Source: Macrostomum lignano (Eukaryota). Taken from it: a DNA stretch of 64,000 nucleotides. Shown one piece after another: positions 36,671 to 49,359 of this stretch. The notes under the pieces were generated by a model, which worked only from the letters and a program-made list of their open reading frames with translations, did not search any database and had not been told where the DNA came from. The first letter of the stretch is position 1, and each line of letters begins with the position of its first letter. Position numbers and translations under genes: made by a program. The DNA is taken from assembly GCA_002269645.1 (NCBI GenBank), contig NIVC01000102.1:81950-145949 (forward strand), read 5' to 3'.

Positions 36671-37559
36671 AATTAAGTTTCTAAAGATATTCAGAAAAAC
36701 GCTTTTTCTAACATATCTTCTTTTTAAGAAATCGGATTCACGTTGGTGAGAATATTCTTTATTGATCGAAGAATTTCATAGAAAAAGAACTTTTAGAATC
36801 TTAGAACAAAACTACATGCCCCCAACGATACAGCAAGCTTAAGTTTCCCCGATCCCGCGACCTTCAAGCTCATTTCTAAAAAAAATTCACGGAATCCTTG
36901 TCCTAGATCTAGATGTCTAGGTTGAGCTGTCCATGAATGCGGGGAGCTCTGCCCATAGCTAATTTCCTGTTGGATGGAGGCTGCGGGAGCCAACAGGGAA
37001 TCAGGGAAGCTGTGTGCCTGCATAGGACTTACAGGCACATAAATATAAACTAATTCTAGAAACTGACCCTCCGGAACTTCATCGCGGAAATTCAATCTGA
37101 CTTTATGCCTGTATATTTCTTTGGTATTGATCGATACAGCTGTTGTCAGACTGACTGAGGAAATACGTCTAGCATAAGACTAACCAGAAATGGGTGAGTA
37201 TGATATCAACCAGCTGTTTATCTGTCAGAATTTTACATTGCAGAAGAATATTCCCTGTTTGTCTGCATTTTTTTGAAATTTAAAAATGCTACTTAAGGAA
37301 GTAGAAGTTTCGGCTTTTATAAAAGTAAAAAAACTTGACTGAAAGCAAAAATCTTGGCTTCCCCGAAAGCAGAAAGCTTGGCTTGTCTGAGGATATCTTG
37401 ACTTCCCTAAAAACAGAAACCTTGGCTTTTCTAGAAGCAGAAATCTTGGCTTTCCTGAAAGCAGAAATCTGTCAGAACGTTGAAATGCTTGTGCATCTCA
37501 CGAAAGCAGAAAGTTTGCTCATCCAGAAAAACTCGCGATCCTTAAACTAAACAGCGGAA

Positions 37560-37626
37560 ATGCTTGGCTATTTAAAACGCCGGTTGTCTCACGGAGATCT
37601 GCAAGGCGAGGCTGCTTTTAGTAGAG

Positions 37627-37657
<31 letters not shown>

Positions 37658-40600
37658 GGAGCAGCAGCCCAAGCAGCCACAGAAGCGATGCAGCCACGCT
37701 GGGATTGCCGGTCACTGCAGCGGTCAGCCTCACGAGCAGCGCACAGAGCAGCTGCAGCAGCATCATCATAGACACAAACTCTCCACTGGCAGCGGCAGCA
37801 GTGTGCTCTCAGCCGCCAGAGACATTCTCGAGAACAGTCTTCACGGCAGCTGGAGTCACCATCTAAATCTGCATCACCATGGCGACAGGTGCAAGATGCT
37901 ACTGGTGATTGACGATTCGCAAACTAATTGGTAAATAACTTGCGCTCTGCTAGTAAAATATTTACACGCATTTCAGTAGGACATCAGCTACTAACGAGGA
38001 TACCAATGCTCTATTTATACTGATCTTTTTTAAATTTCAGGTCGAAATACTTTCACCATAAGCGGTGTCCCAACGGTCTGGATATCAAAGTTGAACAGGT
38101 GAGTGAAGTTTCACTTTGACCGAACACAGGTCTGCTTAGACAAGGGGGTAAAGGGGGGCCAAAGGGGGCTGGTACCCCTGGTGCTAAAGCCCCTGGTGCT
38201 AAAGCCCCTTGGTGCTTAAGCCCTTGTTGCTAAAGCCCCTGGTGCTAAAGCCCCTTGGTGCTTAAGCCCTTGTTGCTAAAGCCCCTTGGTGCTAAAGCCG
38301 CTGGTGCTAAAGCCCCTGGTGCTATAGCCGCTGCTGCTAAAGCCCTATGCAAAGACGTCCTGACTTCGTCTCCAAACCCGCAATGCCCATTTTCAAGACT
38401 TAATATAGCACAATTTCCTGGAATCGCAGGCCCCACTCAGCCAGATAAACATTTCCGTGGCCTCCAACGGTCCCGCTGAAGTGATCCTGGACCGTCATCA
38501 GTCTGCCAGTCTGCGATCGGAGAACGACATTGCCTCCATGATTCAGTGAGTAGGTGTACGCTGTACACTCTAAATGACTTCGTGTGTCCGTAAGTGTACG
38601 CATCCTACTTGACCGCTTGTCCCCTCACACTGGCTGCAACTCGTCTGCTGCTAAATTCGACCAACTGTTACTAGCAACAATTTCTCACTGTCCAGCGAAT
38701 CGAAAATTAAAAATATGCAAATTGGAGGGCAATTTTCGTGTTCCACGAAATTGGTTGCTTGGCTGCAAATCGAATTGGAATTCTGGCTGATCTGAAAATT
38801 CGAGTTTACATCCCCTCATAACTTCCCCGTTACTTCCGCGTGTTTAACTCTGAAACGAGTGTTTATCAAAACTATTTTTTAAGGAAGTTCAATTCCTTTG
38901 GAGGGGCATTGTTGCCAATTCTGTCATTTAGTATGTAATGTAGAAACTCTGTGCCTTAGGGTTGAATGCCTGCTTCACATCACGTGATCCAAACCGACTC
39001 TCAGCCTCACTGATCAATCCTGCATCATCAGATAACTAACAACTCACCTGCGCAGGCCTTTCCGTCCGAATTTCGCCCTGCTGCTGCAGCCACCGCTGGG
39101 TCCCGAATGGCGTTCTATTCTGATTGGCCTAGACCGCGCGAATGTACCCTGCATCAACCAATCGCTGAGCGTGTACAACTTCTCAGACAGAGGCTGGGTT
39201 GTAAGCGAATTTTTGTAGCCTTTTCCATTCTACTTAACTTTTAAGTGGCTATTTTTTTCGAGGAAAGGGTTTCCTAATTGTTTTATCCTTGATTAATTCA
39301 TACAAGTAAAATTCCCGCTCCGCAGTATAACAACTTGGCGCGAATTCAAAAACGTTTGGGAGACAACTATTTTCCGTTAATTGAACAGGCGTTTTATTCA
39401 AATTGGCGCAAGCAGGTAAGAAAAAAATTACCTGTATGTTCTTCATCTTGTTCAATAGTAAAATAAAAAAAAATTTTCTCAATAAAATAAAATAAAATAA
39501 AATAAAATAAACAATTTTTCAGGCGTTAAGCAACCAAAAAGCCACCTATCCGTTATTGCTCAAGTCTGGCAACCGTCACGGTAACTTTGGAAAGGTACAG
39601 TTAAGAGGAATTAAATTTCAAGATATGAAACAGTCTTTGAAATAATTCAAACTATCAAACTGACTTCAGATCATTGCAAATAATGCGGAAGAGATGTCGA
39701 ACTTTGCTGCTTTCGCTGCGGCTGGAGGAACATCTTATGAACATAAGTGGGGCACAGCCGAGGCTGCTCTCGGAGCGAGCAACGAAATTATTGTGCAAAA
39801 AGTTGACAAAAACTATTGGGCGTTCGCGTGAGCTGAAGAATGAATGGCTTTGATGTGGCTAAAAATTTCTCTAAGTGGTTTTGTGTCCTGGTATCTTCTT
39901 GTCTTTGTGTCTCAGCGTCTTAGTGTCTTGGTGTCGTGGTGTCTTCTTGTCCTGAGTGTTTTCTTGTCTTTGTGTCTCAGCGTCTTAGTGTCTTGGTGTC
40001 GTGGTGTCTTCTTGTCCTGAGTGTTTTCTTGTCCTGGTGTCTTCGCGACTTAGTGTCTTAGTGTCTCAGCGTCTTAGTGTCTTGGTGTCGTGGTGTCTTC
40101 TTGTCCTGGTGTCTTCGCGACTTAGTGTCTTAGTGTCTCAGCGTCTTAGTGTCTTGGTGTCGTGGTGTCTTCTTGTCCTGAGTGTTTTCTTGTCCTGGTG
40201 TCTTCGCGACTTAGTGTCTTAGTGTCTCAGCGTCTTAGTGTCTTGGTGTCGTGGTGTCTTCTTGTCCTGGTGTCTTCGCGACTTAGTGTCTTAGTGTCTC
40301 AATGTCTTAGTGTCTTGGTGTCGTGGTGTCTTCTTGTCCTGGTGTCTTCGCGACTTAGTGTCTTAGTGTCTCAATGTCTTAGTGTCTTGGTGTCGTGGTG
40401 TCTTCTTGTCCTGGTGTCTTCGCGACTTAGTGTCTTATCGTTTCAGTATCTCAGTGTCATAGTGTCTTCTTGTTTTAGTGCTTTCTCGGCTTAGCGCTTA
40501 ATGTATCAGTGTTTTAGTACCTTATACGAGCGTAATTGGTGTCTTGATGTCTTATTGTCTTTGTGTCTCGCAGTGTCTTAGTGACTTTTTTAGTGTCTTC

Positions 40601-42369
40601 CTTGGTGTATCAGTGTCTTACGTAGTTACCGTGACGGCAAATCTCAATGTCTCAAACACTGAGACACCAAGGCACGAAGACACGAAGACACTAAGTCTGT
40701 CATAGTGTGTCTGTCGGTATGCCTTATTTCTTCATTTCTCAATTCTAGTAAAGCTTTCGCAATTAGCCAAATTGGGAAATTTATGATTAATTTTAGTCGA
40801 CGCACATCAAAAGTTGGTTTAAAAGACGGTCCAGTGGAGAAACTTCCCGTAACGGACAGGTAAGAATTGTGAGTGACTGAGCATTCTTATCACTACCAGC
40901 AAAGAATCAAACTGCTTTTCTCTCCGGGAAATCCAGGCTGCGCAGCTGGACTGAAGCGATTTCTGACCACTTTGGCGGACTGGACATTTGCTCGTTGGAG
41001 GCCGTGCAATGGAGCGAGGATGACGTGCAAATTGTTGATGTAAGTGCCGTTAATTTTGGCGATATGTTGTGCGCTTTCAATGGTGAGCTGATCATACGAG
41101 CGTATTGTTTGAATCTCTGATATTATTAAAGCTGATAAAACCCTATAATCTGTCATCTTGAGCCTATTTTACATTCTAAAGTGAGGCGTGCTTATCAATT
41201 TCTAAGTTATGTGCGGTTAAATATCTTTAAAGATGCTACAAGTTTTCTTGATAGCTCGCAATGAGGCAAAGATGCCTTTAAAGATGTTGATACAGTTCCT
41301 TCAATTAGGATGTTGCCAAATTGCCTTCAAGGATGTCGCCAAATTGCTTTCAAGGATGTTGCCAAATTGCTTTCAAGGATGTTTCCAAATTGCTTTCAAG
41401 GATGTTGCCAAATTTCTTTCAAGGATGTTGCCAAATTTCTTTCAAGGATGTCGCCAAATTGCTTTCAAGGATGTCGCCAAATTGCTTTCAAGGATGTCGC
41501 CAAATTGCTTTCAAGGATGTTGCCAAATTTCTTTCAAGGATGTCGCCAAATTGCTTTCAAGGATGTTTCCAAATTGCTTTCAAGGATGTCGCCAAATTGC
41601 TTTCAAGGATGTTTCCAAATTGCTTTCAAGGATGTTGCCAAATTTCTTTCAAGGATGTCGCCAAATTGCTTTCAAGGATGTTGCCAAATTGCTTTCAAGG
41701 ATGTTGCCAAATTTCTTTCAAGGATGTCGCCAAATTGCTTTCAAGGATGTTGCCAAATTGCTTTCAAGGATGTTGCCAAATTGCTTTCAAGGATGTCGCC
41801 AAATTGCTTTCAAGGATGTCGCCAAATTGCTTTCAAGGATGTCGCCAAATTGCTTTCAAGGATGTCGCCAAATTGCTTTCAAGGATGTCGCCAAATTGCT
41901 TTCAAGGATGTTGCCAAATTGCTTTTAAACACGACTCTACAATAGTTCTTTCGATAATTTTGCAAAACTTCCTTCAAGGATGCAGAGAACGTTTAACGAA
42001 TCTCACCAAAACAAGAATTGGGATATTTACACTCCAACTAATTTACTTTGTTCTCACGCCTGTCTCATTCAATCCTCCAAGGCTCACGGCTCAGAATCAC
42101 TGCAGCTGGTGCTTGATGAGGCGTCCAAATTCTGTCCAGACGAGGCTGACAGCATCAGGCGCAGCGTGGCGGAGCTGACTCTGGCTCGAATGTCGGCCGC
42201 GCCATCGTCCAACTCAGCTCATTGCGACAATCAGCTGCCAGCTCAACCGATAGTCGTCAAATCGCCCCTGGCAGATGGTCAGCATCCGGTCAAAACAAAC
42301 GAAGATTCGAAAGAGCCGGATGCGATCCAGAGTCTTAGGCGCACCTTTGCTGGGATTTTTGGAGACTAA
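37560..42369 (+). CDS. Syn: Synapsin (divergent), 487 aa. Exons 37560-37930, 38041-38098, 38430-38545, 39056-39200, 39326-39415, 39523-39594, 39670-39827, 40797-40859, 40937-41039, 42082-42369
   Basis: A-domain YLKRRLS (PKA site). C-domain motifs CKMLLVIDD..TNWSKYF, DIKVEQ, PFRPNF, VPCINQSLSVYNFSDRGWV, RIQKRLGDNYFPLIEQAFY, YPLLLK, VQK, FGGLDIC. E-domain SLRRTFAGIFGD. Nine GT-AG introns in compatible phases; total 1464 nt. Confidence 0.95.
38170..38345. repeat. ~15-17-bp repeat (GGTGCTAAAGCCCCT), synapsin intron 2
   Basis: Direct reading. Confidence 0.85.
39885..40620. repeat. 72-bp repeat built of GTGTCTT sub-units, synapsin intron 7
   Basis: TCTTCGCGAC recurs at 40201, 40273 and 40345. Confidence 0.9.
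41300..41925. repeat. 23-bp minisatellite (GCTTTCAAGGATGTCGCCAAATT), synapsin intron 9
   Basis: Period 23 (41461 to 41484). Confidence 0.96.
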
Positions 42370-42589
42370 GCCTGGACCCTATAGTTACTGGAATTGTCAG
42401 TTTAACAAACTATTTCAGGTTGAAGATTAACAAATATTAACTCTTCTCACCGATTTTCTCTAATATTTTTCAATGTTGTGGAAAGTTTGCGTTTTTGGGT
42501 TCCCATTTACCAATTATTTATTATTATGGATAAGAAAAATTGGTCGCAGGAACTCATTATCTAATTATTTGCCTGAAAACTGATTCGAT

Positions 42590-42870
42590 GTGAGTGGAGA
42601 GACCTCATTACCTAAATATCTACCTGGGGACTGATTAGGGTTGTGAGTGGAGATACCGTATTACCTAATTATCTACCTGAGGGCTTATCAGGGTTGTCAG
42701 TAGAGGGACCGCATTACCTAATTATCTACCTGAGGGCTTATCAGGGTTGTGAGTGGAGGGACCTCATTACCTAATTATCTACCTGAGGACTTATCAGGGT
42801 TGTGAGTGGAGAGACCTCATTACCTAATTATCTACCTGAGGACTGATCAGGGTTGTGAGTGGAGGGACCC
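42590..42870. repeat. 53-bp tandem repeat x~5 downstream of the synapsin stop
   Basis: ATTATCTACC at 42721 and 42774. Confidence 0.88.
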
Positions 42871-44698
42871 AGTACCCGAGCACGGAACAGATAATGAAGA
42901 ACCCACTGATCGCGGTTGAATATAGCAATTAAATGCATGACTAATTTTTTGGAAAACTATAGTACTTGTACTTGCCTTCATTGTTCTAGCTTGTAGCACA
43001 ATTAGATATACTACACTTTAATTGTTTTCTTCTATATTTAGCTGTGTTGTTGTTTTAAATTTTCATCTATGTAGCATTACGAAGAATTCCTATGATACGC
43101 TCGTAATCACAAAGCTTAGTGATAAATGTCTGTACTTTTAGACTTTCTTTGTAGTGTCACTAACTGTATTATGAATCTCGTCCAGCACTCTACACCTCAT
43201 AGTTTCTGTATCAGACAGAAATCAACTGATCATAGTTTGGAAATAAAATCAGAGAAGTGACTTTACGTAGAGTAGTTAATCAATTTTCAATGGAAGTAGT
43301 TTAATATCTGCAATATTCTTCTATTTCTACTGTAAGTAGAGCATACATTTATTATTTCTATTTTCATTGTTTTATCGATAATCGACAAAAGTAACGTTAT
43401 TACTTGAGATTTTCTTTGCTCGTTCAATTTATAAATTTAGTTTAGTGATTTACGCTGCCACAACACCTGTCATTAAAAGCAAATGTTGCTCCCAAGCAAA
43501 CTGTTCACAGGAAATGAAGGCAGTCACAGAACTAACGCTTCTTTTGGTGTCTGACTAATAATAAAAATATCAAAGCGATAGATAAACAATTCGATTATTT
43601 TTTTGTTAAAGTTCTTCAATTAAACTTCGCGCAATTTCGAAATCAGTTTTGAGCACGTAAATTGTAAACTGACATTTCGAGGTTGTTAAAAACATTAGCA
43701 GTCCACTTGGGATTTCGCAGATCGTGGTGAATTGCAAAAGAAAAACAACAAAGATGGCAATAAGAACAGACAGGTGATAAAGATTTGCGCACAGTCTGAG
43801 ATGCACTCAACAGCTGGACTCCAAGCCAGAAAATAAAATTAAAAAGCAACATCGAACACAAGACTAAGAGTGCTTTGAAAGAGTTTCCGCGCAAACAAAT
43901 TTCAAAATGAATTTTTATAACCTCATCGCACTACTTAGTGAATAAGTAGTACTGACTTTCAAAGGGAAAGAACTATTTTTGTTTACAAAATCGACAGAAC
44001 CTTAAAAATTTGTGTCGAAAAAATTCGAGATTCATTACAAATAATTTAGATTCGATCATGTCGCTTATTATCAAAGCATTTTTGTCACTGGCTTTACGAG
44101 AACATCATGTCAGACCGATGAAAAAATGCGAAAAATAGGTTATTCATGTCATTGTCAATTAGAATTTAAGTTTAAGTAGAATAATGTTTGAGTGTAGCAG
44201 GTGCTGCGTTCAGGTGTTTTGAGTAGTGTTAGCTACAGGATGTGAATGCACACTTCACGGACTAATAAAGTAGATTAGCGCTTTTACAATCGGTGTTTCA
44301 GGTTGGTTTTTTGTTGCTTTTTTCGGTTTTAAGTTCTCTCACCTTCTGGACTTTCAAATTAAAAATGAAGCTATAAAGTGCGTCACGTGCGTGCAGTTTC
44401 GTCCGAGGGTTGCTACTCACAAGCTTGTCAAAGCTATTTTTCTTGAAATTCTACCGGACGGAGATTTCAGATTCTATTATACATGTATACTACTATACTT
44501 TCTGAACGAAGCCACATCTCTACTGTCTATGGTTGGACTCGGTCTGCGAACAAACCTGACTAAAAACACATACAAAATTCGTTCCTGTACTTTAGAGACC
44601 ATGTTGCACCAAAATCAACCAGAACTATAGGCAAGATTGAGTTGCTAAATAGAAGATCAGATGATCAGAATTGACCATGACGTCACTTCGTCAGTCTG

Positions 44699-46341
44699 TC
44701 ACTTCAGTGATGGAGCGGCTACCGCTCGCATTCGAACCAGCGAGGGTCTACGACGATTCCAGCTCGAGTTGGACGGCTGCTGGTTAGTCGGCTGCTCGGG
44801 CTGCTGCTGCTGTTGCAAGTCCTGCTCGCTAGAGGAGTTCGAACTATCCGCGGCGATTTCGTACACGTAGCTACATGTTGGTGGATTAATGCGTTTTAAT
44901 GCGTGTGTTTAATGCGAGTGGAGTGTGGTAGATGGTGGTGTTACGCATTCGATGCTGTCAGATTCAGGCCAGAGTGAACCCAGAGTGACACCAGTTTGAC
45001 ACTAGAGTAACATTAGAGTGATAAACGAGTGAAACGAGTAACATCGGAATGACGAAAGAGTAGCACTTGAGTATCATCAGCTTTAATTAGAGAAAAGAGG
45101 AACTTTAATTAAAGGGAAGGGACAAAAGGCGACTGTGGAAGATTGCTTATACAAAAAGAGTGACACTAGAGTGACTCCACTACACAAGATCACAACCAGC
45201 TACCAGAGTGACAACAGAGAGGCATTAAAGTAACACCAGAGTGACTTTAGAGTGACAACGGAAGGACCCTACCTGAAGTTCAGTAAAGTGAGTAAATACA
45301 GTACCTGGTACATCAGAGTGATAAGAGTGACCCACTAGATTAATACGAGGTTGACACCAGAAGGACCCAACAGAGAGTGACAATATATTGACACTAGTTT
45401 GACATCAGAGTGACACCAGAGTGACATAAAAAGGGAATAAGATTGACATTAGAAGGGCACCAGATTGATCAGCAGGATTTCTAACAGAAAGATGCTGTAA
45501 TTGACATCATGAGCGATGCCTAAACTATTTTTTGATATTACTAAAATAGCTCGGTCGTAGCATGCAAGCTCGTCAAAAAAAGATTGAACTCTATTACTGT
45601 ACAGTGTCATACGCAAAGTGTAAAACTAGTTTCAACAAGGCAAAGCACTTACTTAAGTCCGTCGTTATTTTTGGATGAAGCTGGCGAGCTCGAGTACATG
45701 CCCTTGTCCAGACTGATGCCTTCCAGACTCATCGCCTTCAGCTCTTCGTCCATCATGGCGAACACGGACACGAGAAGCTCGGGATTCTTCTGGAACTCGG
45801 GCTCCAGAAGGTTGTTGCGCTCCAGTCGGTCCTGCCAGTGCGGCGGCAAGTCGACGAACTTTCCGCTGTTTCGGTCGTAGGTCAGGCTCAGCAGCTCCTT
45901 GGGCGGCGTTAGCGGCTTCTCGTTGGCCGACTGATCCGCTGAAGTTGGCGTCTTCGGACTGGTTGCCATGGAAACGCCGGAATCGTCTGTTCTAACAGCG
46001 CCAGGTGGGGTCTCCGCCTCGACAGCTTCGGTGAGAGTCTCTGCAAAGGAGTGGCTATCAGCGGGACCAAAGTAGGACCTCCAGTGCTCCGGAATGCCAC
46101 TGAACGACTGTCGCCCAGCGTCGAAAGTGATATGCAGAACACGACGGACGTTCTGCGGCGTCGAGATGGTGTTCGCCGTGGTGGCGGAGCCGCTTTCCTC
46201 AGTCGGACAGACGGTTGCATTGTTAGAGCTAGTGCTGCTGGTGCTGGTAGTGCGCTGACTCGACTTGCTTGTCCGACGGCTTTTGAATAGCGAAGCGAGC
46301 GACTCCTTCATGCTGTCCAGTTTCTGGTTGAATGTCGACAT
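44699..46341 (-). CDS. Kinase-less PAK-like protein with two tandem PBD/autoinhibitory modules, 286 aa. Exons 46341-45653 and 44870-44699
   Basis: Exon 1 has ISTPQNVRRVLHITFDAGRQSFSGIPEHW and LTYDRNSGKFVDLPPHWQDRLERNNLLEPEFQKNPELLVSV, both aligning to the PAK/STE20 PBD. Phase-2 donor AA|GTAAGT and acceptor ATGTAG|C; exon 2 encodes a Q-rich tail with RRRPS, then TGA. Confidence 0.78.
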
Positions 46342-47524
46342 TTTGATTGCGGCACAATGTCAGGGGCTATTGCTGGTTGTCAGTTTGGTAGGTTTTCTGT
46401 ATGAGGTTATTGCTGATTGTGGTTTGTGGCCGAGAGTGAGTGGGTGTAACTCCCGCTTTACTATCAAATCTGATCATGGGGGTTGGTGGGGTCGCGGGGG
46501 GAATGTACACCTTGGCTGAGTGAGCTTTGACTTGATTGGCTCGGAATGATCCAGTTGTGCGCAGAACCTGCGCGATGAAAATAATTGCATTTGGAAGTAC
46601 ATGTAAATTATTAAAAAGCTGTGAAATACACTTATAAAGCCTACGATCGCGTGCACGAAGCTAATTTGCTAGAAAAAAGTAACAAAATTTTCCATAGCTG
46701 GTCGTTGCGCCACATTGCCATGCCAAGCTGAGGGTTTCTAGATGCTATGATAATTTACACAGCTAGATTTGTGCACCTTCACTACGTAGCAGCTGTGTTG
46801 AAGAAGGAATGTGCGTTTATTTCGCATATTTATGCAGCAAAATTCGCACTCTGTTGAATGACGTTTCTTAGTTTATAACTCTCTCTCCCTCTCGGAATTG
46901 CCGGCGCAGCTTTTTATCGTTTCGAAATATGTATCATTCATATCATTTCACAGTCACCACCTACCCATTGCATCAATACATGTAGTGTCCATCCGAATTA
47001 ATTTCTGACTTTCAAAGCTTCACGTTTACACTTGTCGTCGCATAGCGCAATTTTTGTAGGGGTAGTGCACACATGTACGCACACACATGCGCTGGAATCG
47101 ACTGCTGCGCAAATCAGTATGCAGCAGGGCGTTTTATATTTTGCTTCTACAGTACGCTCGTAGCATACGACCGGTCTGCGAGACTGCAATTATGAGGAGC
47201 ATACTAGCAATCTTCGCCCCCCGTTGGGGGACATCTGTTCTCTGTTCTCTACATCTGAATCTCTGTTCTCTACAAGTAACAAAAAGATAGCGAAATAAAG
47301 CCTTCACAAAGAAAACAGACAAAATACTAAAATGAAGTGCAATGCTAAAAGAAATCATCCCAAGACAGCAAGCATCCCCCAGATAGCAAGCATCCCCCGG
47401 ATAGCAAGCATCCACCAGATAGCAAGCATCCACCAGAAAAAAAGTAGCTAGTGCGACAATTTCCTTAGCATTATAGCGGCTCCTTTAAAATTAGCTTACT
47501 TTTACGTTTGAAATTGTGTATCTT

Positions 47525-48630
47525 TTATGTTTGACATGGTGGCTCTTTAATGTTTGACATGGTGGCTCTTTTATGTTGACATGGTGGCTCTTTTATGTTC
47601 TACATGGTAACTCTTTTATGTTTGATACGGTGGCTTTTCAATGTCTGACATGGTGGCTCTTTTATGTTGACATGGTGGCTCTTTTATGTTCTACATGGTA
47701 ACTCTTTTATGTTTGACATGGTGGCTCTTCTATGTTTGACAAAGTGGCTTTTTAATGTTTGACATGGTGGCACTTTTATGTTTGACATGGTGGCTCTTTA
47801 ATGTTCGAAGTGGTGGCTCTTTAATGTTTGACATGGTAGCTCTTTTATGTTCGACATTGTGGCTCTTTTATGTTCGACATGGTGGCTCTTTTAGGTTTGA
47901 CATGGTGGCTCTTTAATGTTTCACATGATAGCTCTTTCATGTTCGAAATGGCGGCTCTTCAATGTTCGAAATGGTGGCTCTTTTATGTTTGACATGGTGG
48001 CTCTTTAATTTTTGACATAAAGTCACTTATATGTTTGACATAAAGTCACTTATATGTTTGACATAAAGTCACCTATATGTTTGACATGGTGGCTCTTAAA
48101 TGTTTTACAATGTGGCTCTTTTATGTTAGACATGGTGGCTCTTTTAGGTTTGACATGGTCACACTTTTATGTTTTGACATGGTGCCTCTTTAATGTTTGA
48201 CATGGTGGCTCTTTAATGTTTGACATGGTGGCTCTTTAATGTTTGACATGGTGGCTCTTTAATGTTTGACATGGTGGCTCTTTAATGTTTGACATGGTGG
48301 CTCTTTAATGTTTGACATGGTGGCTCTTTAATGTTTGACATGGTGGCTCTTTTATGTTCAACATACTAGCTCATTTATGTTCGACATGGTGGCTCTTTTA
48401 GGTTTGACATGGTGGCTCTTTAATGTTCGAAATGGTGGCTCTTTAATGTTTGACATGGTGGCTCTTTAATGTTTGACATGGTGGCTCTTTAATGTTTGAC
48501 ATGGTGGCTCTTTAATGTTTGACATGGTGGCTCTTTAATGTTTGACATGGTGGCTCTTTAATGTTTGACATGGTGGCTCTTTAATGTTTGACATGATAGC
48601 TCTTTCATGTTCGATATGGTGGCTCTTGAC
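47525..48630. repeat. 23-bp minisatellite (GTTTGACATGGTGGCTCTTTAAT)
   Basis: Period 23 (48241 to 48264). Confidence 0.95.
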
Positions 48631-48644
48631 ATTTGTCAATGTTA

Positions 48645-49150
48645 TATTTGGGGTGGCCAGCGCTGGCTGCATTTATGCATTTTGTTTAGGGGGGCTAGCG
48701 CTGGCTACATTTGTGCATTATGTTTTGGGTGGCTAGCGCTGGCTACATTTGTGCATTATGTTTGGGGTGGCCAGCGCTGGCTGCATTTATGCATTATGTT
48801 TGGGGTGGCCAGCGCTGGCTACACTTGTGCATTATGTTTTGGGTGGCCAGCGCTGGCTACACTTGTGCATTATGTTTTGGGTGGCCAGCGCTGGCTACAC
48901 TTGTGCATTATGTTTGGGGTAGCCAGCGCTGGCTACACTTGTGCATTATGTTTGGGGTGGCCAGCGCTGGCTACACTTGTGCATTATGTTTGGGGTGGCC
49001 AGCGCTGGCTACACTTGTGCATTATGTTTTGGGTGGCCAGCGCTGGCTACACTTGTGCATTATGTTTTGGGTGGCCAGCGCTGGCTACACTTGTGCATTA
49101 TGTTTGGGGTGGCCAGTGCTGGCTACACTTGTGCATTATGTTGTGCATTA
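48645..49150. repeat. 38-bp minisatellite with a 12-bp palindromic core GCCAGCGCTGGC
   Basis: Period 38 (48901 to 48939); no unique spacers. Confidence 0.95.
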
Positions 49151-49254
49151 TGTCACTCTGGAGGCCACATGTTGGCAAATATGGTCAGATTGCTCAGATT
49201 GCTAGTTCTTTTTTTCCGCACAATGCCGAGCCCACGAGTCCGGGGACAGTGGCG

Positions 49255-49325
49255 CCGGCCCCGGACGCGCCGGCCCCGGACGCGCCGGCCCCGGACGCGC
49301 CGGCCCCGGACGCGCCGGCCCCGGA
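49255..49325. repeat. 15-bp GC-rich repeat (CCGGACGCGCCGGCC) x~5
   Basis: Direct reading. Confidence 0.9.
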
Positions 49326-49359
49326 AGCCGGTAGTAGTATATTAAGAACACAAGATCTA

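Larger units (their letters stand above)
47203..49206. mobile_element. Non-autonomous element(s) bounded by ACTAGCAATCT ... AGATTGCTAGT (Helitron-like 3' ends or short TIRs) carrying 18-, 23- and 38-bp tandem arrays
   Basis: 11-bp perfect inverted ends; the left end on minus reads hairpin CCCCC-AAC-GGGGG then ..GATTG-CTAG|T. Confidence 0.6.

Noticed and set aside
40001-42178. Repetitive ORFs 40001-40494 and 41233-42178
   Set aside because: Translations of intronic 72-bp and 23-bp arrays in synapsin
42400-44690. Kinase exons for the PBD gene
   Set aside because: AT-rich, and no GxGxxG, HRD or DFG motifs seen in the minus-strand ORFs or by eye
48645-49150. CRISPR array (38-bp palindromic repeats)
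   Set aside because: Repeats are contiguous with no unique spacers, no cas genes, eukaryotic context
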